A stretch of DNA of 64,000 nucleotides from Eutreptiella sp. 'Long Island Sound 2002' (lineage: Eukaryota; Protista; Euglenida): contig OZ038378.1 of assembly GCA_964036045.1 (NCBI GenBank), forward strand, positions 181,102,001 to 181,166,000, read 5' to 3'. The notes below the pieces were generated by a model. That model made no database searches, was not told the DNA's origin, and saw nothing but the letters and a program-made list of their open reading frames with translations. The position numbers and the translations under genes were made by a program. Position 1 is the first letter of the stretch, and each line of letters opens with the position of its first letter. Shown in pieces: positions 40,084 through 53,219 of this stretch.

Positions 40084-42099
40084 TGGCGCCCGAGGCTACC
40101 ACAGGGGCCCTGGACCCATGCGGGTCTCCCTCTTTAATATTCTTCTCCCCCCCCCCCCACACACACACATGCGTGCAGTAACACGCATCTGGGGTGTGAG
40201 GCATGTCAGCCAACCAGCACCCATCGATGCGTAGCCATTGCAGCGTGCTACGCTAGCCCAGAGCACCCTTTCTATCAGTCAAAGGCAAATACCATTGATC
40301 TGGTGAGCACAACCGCGGATGTGCACCGTGCGGTAAGAGCACCCTGCACTCTCCTTTAACTTGATGGCTCCATATTTCTCTGCATGCTACTTTGTACTCG
40401 CATGCATATATGTCCCTCCTGCCTAAGGTTCGTGATTGCGTTGTGCCGGCTGCTGGGCGAATTCTTCTCCAAGAGCAAGGACAAGAAAGAGCTCATGGAG
40501 AAGCTGAATGCGGTTTCAAATGCGCTGAAGGTCACACGACACAGTGGCCAGTGGCTAAGGTGATTCTGCGTCTTTTCTGTGGCGCTTGACTTTGATGATC
40601 AGAGATGAAGATGATCAAGATTTCGTTTCAAATAAGGTTCAGAATATACTGCTAGATGTACCGACCACGGGGAGGCAGTGCAATTTTCCCCTGTATGCAC
40701 ATAGAATGCCTACAACAACCCACAATGCAACACAGCACAACATGCCACACCACACCACACTGCATTTCATGTCCGCACAGCACCGCAAAAGAGAGCACAG
40801 CACAATGCAACACAAATGTGCCACAACGCACCACAATAGAACGCGACACAAATTGCTGTACTGGAAGGTGAGCAACACGCATGTTCCATTCTTCCCATTT
40901 CGGCAAGGTGCACGCCTGCAGGGTGTCCATTGTACGTTCGAGTGCGAATACGTGCGAGCATGTGCATTCATGCCAAGTTTGATGAGAAAAACGGTGTCCA
41001 GCAAGGGAGACCATGATTCGTCCGGCCTCTTCCGCTCAATTGCCCGAATTGTTCAAATGCATTTTCCCCCGCAGAGTTGTGGCTACCACAAGATTGTCAG
41101 CCCTCAACGAGTCAGCAGCCGGTCCCTCTTTTGCATCAACCCGCAGGAACACAGCATGTTCCACGCATGTAGATGCATTAGTTCATGCATGATATTTGCA
41201 TCATATCAGTCTGCCTGCAATTCTGTGCCTCCAGACAAATCACATGGTCATTTGCTGCATTTTGCTGTTTGTTTCTGCCTTCTAGACAATTCCCAATTAT
41301 CAACGGCTTAATGAACAAGAAAAATATCTCTAGTATCTCCGATATCTGTGAGGTGTGCATTTTCCTAATGCGGATGCCTCAGAGATTTTAAAGCCTAGAC
41401 AGAAGAGGAACATGGCAGGGGCTGATTCCGGCCGTTTTGGTGGAAGTCGCAGGTTCGTGCCATTGCGAATGACAGGGGCTAAATCCTCGTATGCGCGAAG
41501 TGCCCGTCCAGGTGGGCCAGTGCAGCCTGTCCTGTGCTGCAGTGGACCATGACCAAGACCGAAACACATTTTCACGGGGATCTCGGCTCAGCCATCCCGA
41601 GGACCCCCCCCCCCCCCCCTCTTTGGATGGCCCTCCGGGCCATGATAGTGCCACTTGGCCGAGACCTTTGGGCCACCTCTTCCCCGACGTGGGAACCCCG
41701 CAGACCGAGACGGTAGGGGTTATGTAGCCACTTCGATTCCTCCCCGTCCACTGATGCCTTACAATGGAGGATTATAAAACGCACACATGCTGACCCCGGG
41801 AACACCACCCCTCGTGTCACAAGGCCGTTTTGGCTGTGGAATGCTGTGGAATGACCCCCCCCCCCCTTCCGGGCCCCAAGATAGTGCGGACCAGCCGGTT
41901 CTAGACCTACTGAGCCAGGATTCCCATGTCACATTGTACGACAGCATCTCAGCAGCCACTGACGGACTAAAGAAGGTACTACGCACTGGGCGGTGGCGGG
42001 GGGGACGGGGGTGCATGGGGGACCCCAGACCCCCAAACCTGCACCACAGGAACCAGCAATTTTCCCGCCTACAAAGGGGGCGTACAAGAGCAACAAGGC

Positions 42100-43090
42100 T
42101 CACTTATTCGACCGCCAGAATTTCCTTTTTTCACTCATGGTGAGTGGTCAACACCTGTGTGGGGTCAAAATGCTGAATGAGGAATCCTTTTTGGAAACCG
42201 AAAAGAAATTACTATCCAGCTTAACAATTTATTCAGATAAAACTTTCCACGAAAAATGAAATTCTTTTCAATACCAACAACTTAACTTTTTCATACAAGA
42301 AAAACAAAAAACAATTAGATTTTGCAATATGCCAGAAAAGCACCCAAAAAGTGTTGTTGACCCCCCCCCCCTTTCACCGGGCAGGTGTTGGGGTCCAGGA
42401 TTACATTTCTGCTTGTGGGCTTTCTTGGTTGCCACTGGGCAAATAAGGGGTTGGGGGAGTTGGGGGGCTGGTTGCATCCACGGACCAGGCCAGCAGACTC
42501 CCCATTAAAGCACGGCTTTTTGAGCCCGACAGCAATTCTCGGAGACACGGAGCCGTGGGGAAAAGGGGCGATACAATTTTTCTGGGAGCTCGATTGCAAC
42601 CCTCCCGAAACAACAAAGATATTGCTCACGTCATATTCGGCGAAGTATGGAGTGAATGGGGAATTTCGGATATCCACATTCATGCCGGACTATGCACAAA
42701 CCAACAACACATCAGAGGGATACGGTGTGATTGCTGCTTTGCTCAAGGTATGAGCAGTGCTTCTACGTACCCTGTTGTGGGGATTCACGGCTACTCTGCG
42801 TTAGGCAGTTTTTTCTGGTTGGGGACTTCGGCAACCGACATTTCTGTAGAAAAGTAGGGGAGCAATAGGTGAACGGAGGAAGGTGTTCTGTAAGCTGGGC
42901 ATGTGTATGACGGTATGTGTGTGTTGAACCGTGCGTGCGAGAAAGGCCATTGGACTTACGGCCTGAATGTGTGCTCTTGTGCACAGGTGGGCGCCAGGTT
43001 CTGCATGGCCATGTATTTTACGCTGAAGAACTTGGAGTGGCTGGTCGCAACGAAGATCATGAAAGGGGATGGACCGGCCTTGAGCAAAGT
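42100..43090 (+). pseudogene. Decayed hAT-like transposase fragment
   Basis: Ordered remnants in shifting frames. VKMLNEESFLETEKKLLSSLTIYSDKTF resembles VE...F......P.Y..PS..T. GFLSPTA resembles YL.VTAH. LQPSRNNKDIAHVIFGEVWSEWGISDIHIH resembles L..SHT..NIA..L..VL.EWGI..I. It is followed by IRCDCCFAQ. Confidence 0.5.
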
Positions 43091-46000
43091 GTGCTTGGGC
43101 GGGCATTGTTTTGGCGCTCAGTTCTGTTCTTTGCTAGTGGAGAAAGGGGGGGGGGGGTGCTGCACGGGCAAATTTTGTGCACACATTCTGCGCGAAGGCA
43201 CTTATACGTAATTTATTTGCCTTTTTTTTTGAGGATTTGTGCAGCACATTTAGACATCATCAATACGCTGAAAAGGACACCAACCAGACGCCACCACAGG
43301 CCACAAATCAACGCAGCGTTAGGGTTAGGGTTACGCACAGAACATCAAGGCACAATGGAGTTCCTCCCATGCTCGTGTGGGGGCACGGTTGGGGGCAGAG
43401 TTGACGGTAGACTCCGGCAAGGATTTTGTCTGCGTCCGGCAGCCTCCGGCACAGAATTGGGTCGCATGCGGCAGCCTCAGCAGGGGGTGTCACAGTGATG
43501 CGCAGGGCTGAGCTACCATTTTCTAAGCCCGGGAGAGCGCCGTGCAACCGATGCACATCCACAAGTTCCACAACAACCCGCACCCGGCAGCCTCCGGCAG
43601 AGGGAGGGATTGCATCCTGTACAGAGTCGCATCCGGCGGCCATCGGATTGCTGGAGTTGAGTGTGAACTCTGGTTAGGAGGGGATCCCATTTGGAGGCTT
43701 TTTGGGACCACATGGCTTGAAACAGCGCTCAGCCCCCCCCCCCCCCGGGGAAATCTTTGAGGTGAAGGGTACGGCCGTATAGATCCTTAATGTTTTGGTC
43801 AACGCCACCAGCCACCATGGAGATACAGAAACGGCGGACCAAAACAGCGGCCTGGTGGACCTTCATTCAAGGAAAGAGAAGGGAAGGGCAGCAAGTGGCG
43901 ATCGGCCAATTGGTGCCGCCAGCTGCAGACAGAGAAACCAACTACGGCGCCATGCCAAACCCCCCCTGGGAAGGGCAGGGCGCACTGCACCACATGCCGT
44001 TGCAAGTGCTCAAAAGCATGCACGAATGCAGCACTGAGTTGTCGGATGTGAGTGTGCCCACGCCCCCGGGTGGCGACAGACATGTTGCGGCGCGATTTCA
44101 ATGGTTTGTGAATGGGCCGGTCGTGGAACAGGGGCAATCTCAGGCGCCCCGGGAATACCAACAACGCAGGCTGCGTGGAGGTGACAGAAGCGGGAGCGCC
44201 TTTGCTGAAGTGGATGGGGTGGCGTGGTACATGAGCTTGTTGGGGCGCGCAACGCAGCCCCACAGTTACGGGCGGGCGCAAACAGAATCGCCCCAAAGTC
44301 ACCGCGGGCAGTGCAGGGGGGCTTTGTGCCAGGGCCTCAATTGACCGGAACCGTCAAATGGTCACTATGCAATCCAGTGCCCTCAGGGGTCGTAATTGGA
44401 GGGAAAAAGATCCGTGAACCCCAGACAAACGATGCTTCTCCAGACCCCTGGATCACGCTGATTCCAAAGTCCTGTTTTCGCTTGTTCCAAAACCCAGTGT
44501 CAAAGTCACCTCCAGGGTGTCCAGGGGGGTTTTCAGGGGGTCTGGTTGATGGACCTGCCTTTTCCGGCCAGGCTCTTACCCCAGCCCCCCAGCCCACGTG
44601 CAATTGTTTACATGACTGGGCGTGAATACCTCCTTCCCGACAGCTGCCCATGCCTTGTGGCCCCCTCCCACGTGCCCTGTCTAATGGGGATGAGATGTGG
44701 CGGTTGCAGCCCCATTTCAAGCCACGTGGCGCACGGCAGGGGCCAAGGCGCACATTGTCACACAGTTGGCGTTCAAGTTCTACACATATTCATGGCTCTT
44801 TGAGTTGACCGCAGGCATTGAGCGATTCATTTCCAAGTCTACGGTATGTTAGTTCACCCGGTGTTTGCGCGGGCCGTGGCAAGGGCACGCCTTCTGTCCA
44901 TGACGTCTGGGGCAAAGGCAAGGGCACAGGGGTGTGTATTGCGCCCGCCGTACGGGGTAGGGGCAGGTACAGGAGAGTAGCCCTATGCCAGTGCCTCTGC
45001 GGGATACACACGGAAGTCCTGGGCTCCCAACAACAGAGGAGGTGAGCAACGACAGACCCCCCCCCTCCATCGCGGTTCTCAGATGACTTGAAAGTGGAAC
45101 AGCAGATCGCAAATCATGAGAACCCGATCAGAAGGATCGAGACAATGCAGAGAACCAAACAGGGCACAGGCTGGGGCCTTGAATCCACAGAATGGACGGA
45201 ATGCTGTACAGAATGATGGATGAGGGCTGATCAGCACATCCCCAGAGTTCAGTTGCCAAGAGCTTCTGCCCGCAGAGCTGTGAGGGGAAATGCATCGAGA
45301 GTACGGCGGCGCCCACCGGCCAACTGAATGCGATTGCCGACCCATCCTGGCGGTGAAGCGTCAACCGCCGTTGGGGACCCTCAACTGCTGCTAACGGCCG
45401 TCAGTTATCACCGACCTGTAGAAGCCCTGTTTTCCTTTTCCTTCCTTTGTTCCTGCAGGACCCAGGTCCCCACACCCCCGCCATTACACGTTGCGACCTT
45501 CGGGTTAACCGCCGACCGCTTTGCTGCCAGCTGCCGTCGGTCAACCGCTAACTGCTGCTTAATGGCAGCCTTCGCTCTCAGGCCCTTGGCTGTTTGCAAA
45601 CAATGCTTTGCGATTTGCTGTTATGCCGGACGTCCACAGTTATCGTTTTGCTTTCTGTTTTGGAAAAAAGAGCATGGAAACAAGTGGACCAAGGCCACTG
45701 GAGTGGGTGATGACGTGTCAGGCCGCGGGAAACGGACGACTGCGCTTTGGAGCGTTGTGAGGCTCACCGTCACCGTCGGTCCTCCATTCTTGTTCAGAGG
45801 GACCGATCCGCGAAGGATGTGATTGCGATTGTCCGCTCCACTCTACTCCTGATTGAGGGTATGTCCGTCACCGTCCAAGGAATTGCAGGAGCGCCGGGCT
45901 GCCACCCCCACCCAGTCACTCAATAGAGAAGGGCCTCCCCACACCTCAGATCCTCTGAGGCTTGCTGGCCCAAGTATGAAACCTTCGGGGCGGCGTCAGA

Positions 46001-47340
46001 GAGAGCTCCCCTCCCCCCAGAAAAAAACGTGAATGACACGCGGCGCCCTACCTCCTGTGTTACTTCCTAATAGGCTCGCTTGCGTGTGCATGGCAAATTT
46101 GGTTGGGAGGGCCAAGGCCACCTTTATGCCCAATATCCTGTCTTGAGGCCCCTTGAACTGCTGACCGACAAAGTGGGAGATACCGCCAAGCCTGCGTGTT
46201 TTAGTGAAGGGACGGCCATTTTTGTGGCTTGGGCTGGGCTTTGCTCCCTGGTTGAGAGGAACAGCACAGGCACAGTGTGTGTTGATTTTTTGGGGGGGGC
46301 TGGGGTCAGTTGAAGTGAAGGGTTTTCGATGAAAGCATGTTCGATACCATGGCTTGTGATCCCCGCACTGGACCGTGTGCCCCTACCCTCCATCTGGTTT
46401 CCTGTCTCATACACGTTCGTACCTCAGTGGCCCCTCGATTTCCCCCCTCCCATTTACCCCATCATTGGATCACAGTGCTACACTGGCTCCCACAGACCCC
46501 CATCACAACGGGGCACACACAGCTTGCAAGAAGAGAACCAGTCCCCATGCCTCACGGGCAAGTGGCTCTTGCTGCCACCGGCACAGGTACAGAGGCTGGT
46601 GGATGCCATTACAACTTGCCCCACACACCGGACACCATAGACACCACGGTGCCTGCAATTCCTAAGACTGTACAGCAAAGCATTCACTCTGTCGTCACAG
46701 CACCAGCTCTGTTAAATTGTACAGGTGGCCTTTCATGGGGCTTGCTGTGCGCAGCAATCTCTGCCTTCGGCACTGGTCTTGCGGACGGCATCCGGCCACC
46801 ACCCTCTGCTCATTCCGTTTGATGGCGCATTGCACAGCCGTATGCAGGCGCTTCTGCAACTCTGCTTGGCCCCGTTCATCCTCTCTTTGTAGTCGTTCCT
46901 AACAGCTTCCGCTTCAGCGTTGGGCGCAACATGGCATTGGTTTTTTTTGCCGTGTTTATGTGCATTTTTGAAATTTGGGGTGTGTGCCTGCGGTTGTGCC
47001 TGGGGTATGTACCAGGTCTTGGCGCCTGCTTCATGAGGCAGGTCTTTGCCTGCTGCTGGTGTCCTTTGGTGTTACTTTTTAGGTCTTGTCTGCTCATACC
47101 CTGGCCTCTCCTCTCGCCAGGTTCATGTGCCCAGTCTTGCTGCTGGTGGTACACTTGGCTCCTAATGTTTGTGTTTTTGGGCCTCCTGTTGTTTTGTTTA
47201 TTTTACTCGAACTCCGCACTAATGTGCACTGCGGGTGTGCTCGTTCTAGTCGTTGGTGTTTGGTGTTGTGTGTGTTTGCTATTTATTGGATTGCTGTGTA
47301 CACCCGGCGCCTCGACCGTGGCGCTATAGGATCCCTGAAG

Positions 47341-47440
47341 AGAAGGGAGAGGAGAGGAGAGGAGAGGAGAGGAGAGGGGAGGGGAGGGGAGGGGAGGGGA
47401 GGGGAGGGGGGGAGAGGGGGAGAAGAGGAGGGGAGGGGGA
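47341..47440. repeat. (GGAGA)n/(GGGGA)n purine microsatellite
   Basis: Directly visible. Confidence 0.95.
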
Positions 47441-47896
47441 GCGCCAACAAGACCACCGTGCCAGACACCTGGCATGGTCCCCCCACAGTGACCAAGTGAC
47501 CAAGAGTCGCTAACTGCGAGAGTTCTTGCTTGTCACCACCTTGAGCAATACAGTCTGCTCTGTCCAAACGTCAACATCCCTCTTGGCAGGCTGTCTAGAT
47601 TTGGGATGGTGGCATGAGCACCATGCTTCATCCCAATCCACCACGTTCCTTGGGCTCGTGAAAAGTTGAATTTAGTAGGAGCCCTTGAAGCCCTCCTGGG
47701 AATCCGGTATGAAGCTTGATGAGCTAGTTCTATGCAGAGCCTAATGAGCTGGGCATTGGTGTAGGACATTCCCTAAGACCCTCCTTTTTTTTCTCTCAAG
47801 GAACGTTGGTTGTAGGGTTACCCTGAACTATCTAGGACCCCCGTGAGGGGCTTTTTTCCACTTGCGCGGCGAGGGCCCTTTTTGAACGCCTGTTTG

Positions 47897-48127
47897 GGGA
47901 CCCCCGAGAATGCAGGGGTGACATAGCATTTCCGCCCTCTTTTGGGCCCCCGAGAAGGCAGGGGTGAGCCAACCACTTCTGATTTTGTTCCCTTTTGTTG
48001 GGGATCCCCGAGAATTCCGGGGTGACATAGCGTTTCCGCCCTCTTTTGGGCCCCCGAGAACGCAAGGGTGAGGTAGCCTCTTATGATTTTGTTCCCCTTT
48101 GTTGGGGATCCCCGAGAAAGCAGGGTT
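47897..48127. repeat. ~104-bp dimeric minisatellite x2.2 (GGGGACCCCCGAGAA family)
   Basis: Units start at ~47897, 48001 and 48105, each with two ccccgagaa..caggggtga subunits. The lead-in 47840-47920 matches 50720-50800. Confidence 0.9.
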
Positions 48128-51100
48128 TAGCTCGACATGGAGGGAGACAGACATTTTGTAGAAGGACTGGGGTGCGGTGGGTGGAGGTGGGTGGGTCGAG
48201 CGTGTTGAGCTGGACGCTTGAGCTGAGGATGAGTCAAGACATCTCCGTAGATGAGCTGGATGTGTGTGTAGAGCCTGCTGCACCAGAAATATCCGAGAGC
48301 TTGATGGAATGTTTGTGTAGAACCTGGTGACTCAAGCGAGAGAGAGTGGAGTGGGACCACGATCTAGAGCATGCTAATGGAAGGCAATTGCGGAATGGAG
48401 GGAGTGTTGAGGGGACCAATGGAAGCATGGCCGCCAAAAGATGGCCCCGGGTCTAGCAGAGCTGTCCTCGGTGGGTCCATAGGGGGCGATCAGGATAGCC
48501 TGGGAGATGTGATGGAGAGACCCTCAGTGAACGACTTGGTCACCCTCCCAATAAGGGTGTCTGGGTGTGGCGGGGTTTCCAGAGGGCGCCTGAGTGCCCC
48601 CCTTCCCCACAGTTGAGTTTACACCCAGCCCCAGTGTGTGAAAGGGCTGTCCGAGCACATGCATGCTCACCACATGTGCTAGGATAGCTCTAGTGCCAGG
48701 GTGTACCCAAACAGCCTTTTTCCCTTTGCAGGAGTTGGGACCGTTGGATGGCAGAAGGTGAACGGCAAGGCCCTGGCACTGATTGGCATGAGCACTTCTG
48801 CATATGACTGCTACAGTACCTGGTAATTGTGGGCTTTGGCAAGTGTCGCTATTGATTAAGCATCAGGGGACATGCACCAGTGCCCCTGCTGGGCTACATC
48901 TGGCTTCATTGGGCTGCAGACACACGGTCGCGTCGCAATACCGTGACACACCCCCCCCCCCCCCGCGCCTCCACACACACACACTTACCAGAGTGTCCTC
49001 TTCAGCAGATTGCCTTTTCAGGGACCGAAGGGACAGGGTCCCCCCCCCCCCCCCGGGGGGGGGGGGGGAAGGGCAAGGTCAATAACACAGTGCAGTAACT
49101 GCAGGGGGGGGGGGGTCAGGGCGCAATACAGCACCAGGCAGTTGCGACGGGTCCTGTTTTGCAGCATCTGGCCACGCTTTGGGGGCTGCCCCCCCCCCCC
49201 CCCCCGATGCTCATCACAGCCGCGGAATTTGCGGGTTGTGATGCAAGAAATGCACCTTGGAGCTCAGGGGATGGGTATCAGGCCATATGATCAATACACT
49301 TGTCTCCAAGTGTTGTGAGCTGCGAACATACTCGCGCAGTGTGTGTACCAGTTCCCTGGTGTGTGTTGGACAATCAAGAGGGTGTGGCATGGGGCCAGGC
49401 TGATGAATAGCTCGTCTAGCTGGGCTGTGCCCCCAAGCAATCGTTCCGAAGAGGGGCTGCAATTTGAGAAACCCACCTTTTTTTTTGTTGGAGCAAGGGG
49501 CATTGATTACACGCCCTCTCTTCCCTCCTGCTGTGATTGGCATTGTCGCCGCTGCCCCCTCCACGGCAGCACAATGAAACTAGTGGTGTACAGCAACTTT
49601 CTTGGCATGAAGTCAATTAACAGAACTGTTTAGATTGCTTGACATGGGCAGTCGGCCAAACATGGAGGAACAATTGTGCCCACAACTCCCGACGCACAGA
49701 AGGCGCTGAGAAGGAAACGTGATTGCCTCCCGAAATATTGCTTTGGAGGTGCCGCCTCCGAAGATGGCTTTCGTGCCGCTGCTGGTGCGACAGGTGCAGC
49801 AGGAAGGGGTGGGGGGGCAGGGGGCAAGAACATGCTGTGGAACACCACGGATGGGGTCAAAATACTGCAGCCCAACGTATACTCCTTTTATGTCAGCACC
49901 GTTACGATACTCTTCAATAGCCCACCTTTGGCATTGGCACAGCCAACCGATCTGTTGCGAGCAGCTGCATTGTTGGTGGCAGATATCATCCTCAGCCACG
50001 TCACATCATTCTTTGCCCGAAAAGCATACCAAGCAATTTGATGAACAAATATGCATGCTGTCACCTCAGGCAACGGGACACACACGTCGGGACACATGGA
50101 CGAACAATTATTGGCACATCTTACAACGCCCTTCAATGCACTGATGGATGTAGACAATATACCTGAGTCCATTTCATGCGAAACCCCCTGGGGTGCATTG
50201 TGTAAGCGTAGTTCATATATATTGTGCCACCTAGTTCAGTCTCTCCACATACACCCATTTTCTCTGCCCTGAAACTGCATCCCAATTTGTCCTGCACCAT
50301 TTACGCCATTCATCGCATGCTACATTCAGTCCGGAGGCTCTCCATAGAGTCATTTGCCTTAAGTCTCTTTCATGGGGTGACGTAACCCAAAGGCAAGAGG
50401 CACAAATATTTTGATGGACAAGGATCGCAAATAACAATTGACATGCTATGGTCTGGTAGCATTTTATGTTCATCGCAATCCCCTTCCCTGCTCTGCTCTT
50501 GATGGAGGGAGTTGTTGGAGGGTCTGGAGTAAAACCTAGTAAAATTTTGTTTCAATATTTTTTACAAGGTAACAGTTTACTAGGTTCACTAGTTTTTACT
50601 AGGTATCGGGAACGTAGTAAAAAAAAAGGTTTTTTTTTACTAGGTTTCAGAACCTCCAAAAATAAAAGGACTAGGCCTTTAGAACTTTCGGGCCACTTGC
50701 TGGCCACTTCTGATCTTGTCCCCCGCTCTGAGGGGCTTTTTTCCACTGACCTGGTGAGGCCCTTTTTGAACCCCTGTTCGGGGACCGCCGAGAATGCAGG
50801 GTCCGTGGTAAAACTTAGTTTTGTCTCATGGCCCTTTGAGTTGGTGTTAGGGATTGATTGTTTGTGACACTGTACCCTTGATCTGATGAAGGAGCTTACT
50901 CATCATTCATGGGTAAAGAGTCACAAACACAGGCTAAGGTGCAATGTATGCGGGGGACCGGCAATCACAATATATGCCCTCCTATTGTGGGCTGCTCCAC
51001 TCATTGCACTTTTTGGGAGTTATTTGAAGCCTCCGGTTTCGGTCTCTTCCCTGCATTGTATGTTGTATGTTATGTTTTGCTTATGCATATAGGTTGCCCG

Positions 51101-52870
51101 GCTGTGTTCCTGTCATGACTCTTCTTAGGTATTTGCACTTTTCGATTCTTTTCTATTTTTTTCAACCATGTTTGCCCCCAAGAGTGCACCCCCCAAGGGC
51201 ACCTACGGACATCAACGTATACAGAGAGGATCCAGATAAGGAAATCGAAGGGGCATTGCAAGCAGCGTTGGTGCAAATTTTTGGGGTTGAGGTTTCGGCC
51301 AAGAGCGCTATTTTGGTTCCCCGCCATCTAGGTGTTGTATGCATCTACGTTCAGAAGCACAGCCGAGCAACCCCATGTGCTCGAATGCTAGTGGGGGGTA
51401 ACCCCAAGCGTGTTTTGGCCACCCCCCCGCTAATGTACCCTTTGGTGTGGGGTATGTGGGGCAATATTTCTTGCGAGACAAACGTTGGGTCCGAGTGTGA
51501 GGCCGCACCACCCGGCGCCCGGTAACACAACACAATGATTTTCTTTGGCCAAGCTGTGGCTAATCTATCTCGATTGAACTTCATTTATCCAGCCGGAGAG
51601 GGGGGGGGAAAAAATACCACATGACTGGGGATGTCCGGGGCTCCTCATCAGCGTGGATTCGCAATGCCCAACCCCTTTGTAAAGTGGGCTAAGCGAGATA
51701 CCATTCGGAAAGTCTATATATACAACAGGGTAACGTGCCCTTTTGGATGTAACAGGTGCAAAACGCAATAGAGGTTGTGGGTGTCCAATAAGTTTATCTT
51801 TTTTCAACCCTCACATTGTTCAGAGTGCTCGATGACACACACTCCAAAGGCGCTAACCTTTCAAGGGCGGGTTGCCACCATTTTGAAGTTCAAGCTGCAT
51901 AAAGCGATACTGTTTGGGCAAATGCCACCCGCAACATGGTTAGTGATTCAATTGAGGCCCATGGTGCTTACCTGTAACCGAAGCACTCTTCCGCCTCAAG
52001 AAAATGTGAGACTGCTTTCTGGGCAATGCGGTACCGCACGGTACAGCTAAACTCCGACGCTTGGCAAGGAACGCACCATCATTCAACTTCTAAAGTTGCC
52101 CCGCATACCAACCATTGTTGAATGGTTTGCCAAAACCATAGAAGTTACCAACAACCGGGACGACTCTATACGACAAACATTTGCTATAAACGGCGCAATA
52201 GCAGTGGTGCCTGGGACACAGGAGTAGTATTCTTCATAAGATGAAATGAAAGTGTATGAAAAAAAAAGTATGCATTGCATGCATTTTGTGTGAATGGGTT
52301 CAAATAGAGGTACACACAGAGGAACGTTTGTGATGTGTTGTGTTGTCTCAACCGTCCTACCAGTAAGGGACCTTGGCGGTGATGCGGGTGAGATGCTGCC
52401 TCAGCTGGGATGTGATACATTGCAGTTTCTACACCTCATCGCAATGATTGTACCCATCACACAATGGGCATAAAGCGGGGTGCTTGGTTAGAAGAGGCTG
52501 GCCGCGAGTTTATCGGGCAGCAAGACTTTGAACATCAGCAGCCTCCCATTGCGATTGCACATAAGTTACAAAACGCGAAATATGTGTGCTACCAAATGAC
52601 CAACAGCCGCCTAAAAGAGAAGATAAGCACATTCTTACAAGGATGTCGTCGCAAAAGGTATGCTCATGGGATTAACATGACATATCAGAAATTCTGCAGC
52701 ATATTGGAAGCATGGCCCACGAGCAGTCAACTGCAAAATGAGGTTAGCTTGAATTGTGAGTAGTATGAATTGCTACTTGGAAATCGCGAGACTAATGTTT
52801 GCAGAATGCCGGTGATGAGGCCACGTAATGTTAATCGAAGTGGACCCGCTATCGAAATTTCGATAAAGAC

Positions 52871-53122
52871 CTTTGAGGTGACACTCGGTGAAGAGGCAAT
52901 GGAGTCGTTGCTCAAACGTATGCTCAGATCCGCCATGGGATGCCCGGTTGTGATGCCCAGCGAGGGTTTGTCGAATCCAAAACGGTGTGTCCGCACTCAA
53001 AATCAACCCGTCGTACATCCTTGTCCAATGAGGCGGTGTCTTGCCTTCTTCTTCGTACTTCTTTCGTACATCCTGGGTCCATTCGAAAGCATGTTGTCCA
53101 CCGAGACACTTGAATGTAGCGC
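52871..53122 (-). CDS. ParB/Srx-fold protein, exon 2
   Basis: Acceptor ttcctcgttag|GC (phase 1). The splice gives FPT-G-ATFKCLGGQHAFEW...GLILSADTP..RQTLAGHHNR, matching the ParB-N (D)GxH(R) motif and the later Asn motif. Candidate donor AAAG|GTCTTT. Downstream exons are unresolved. Confidence 0.65.
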
Positions 53123-53219
53123 CTAACGAGGAATCGTACAATCGAAATTTCGATAGAAGGTACGATGTAATCCGTAACGCAGCACGGTAATCAATCGAAA
53201 TTTTGATAGCAAGGTATAC

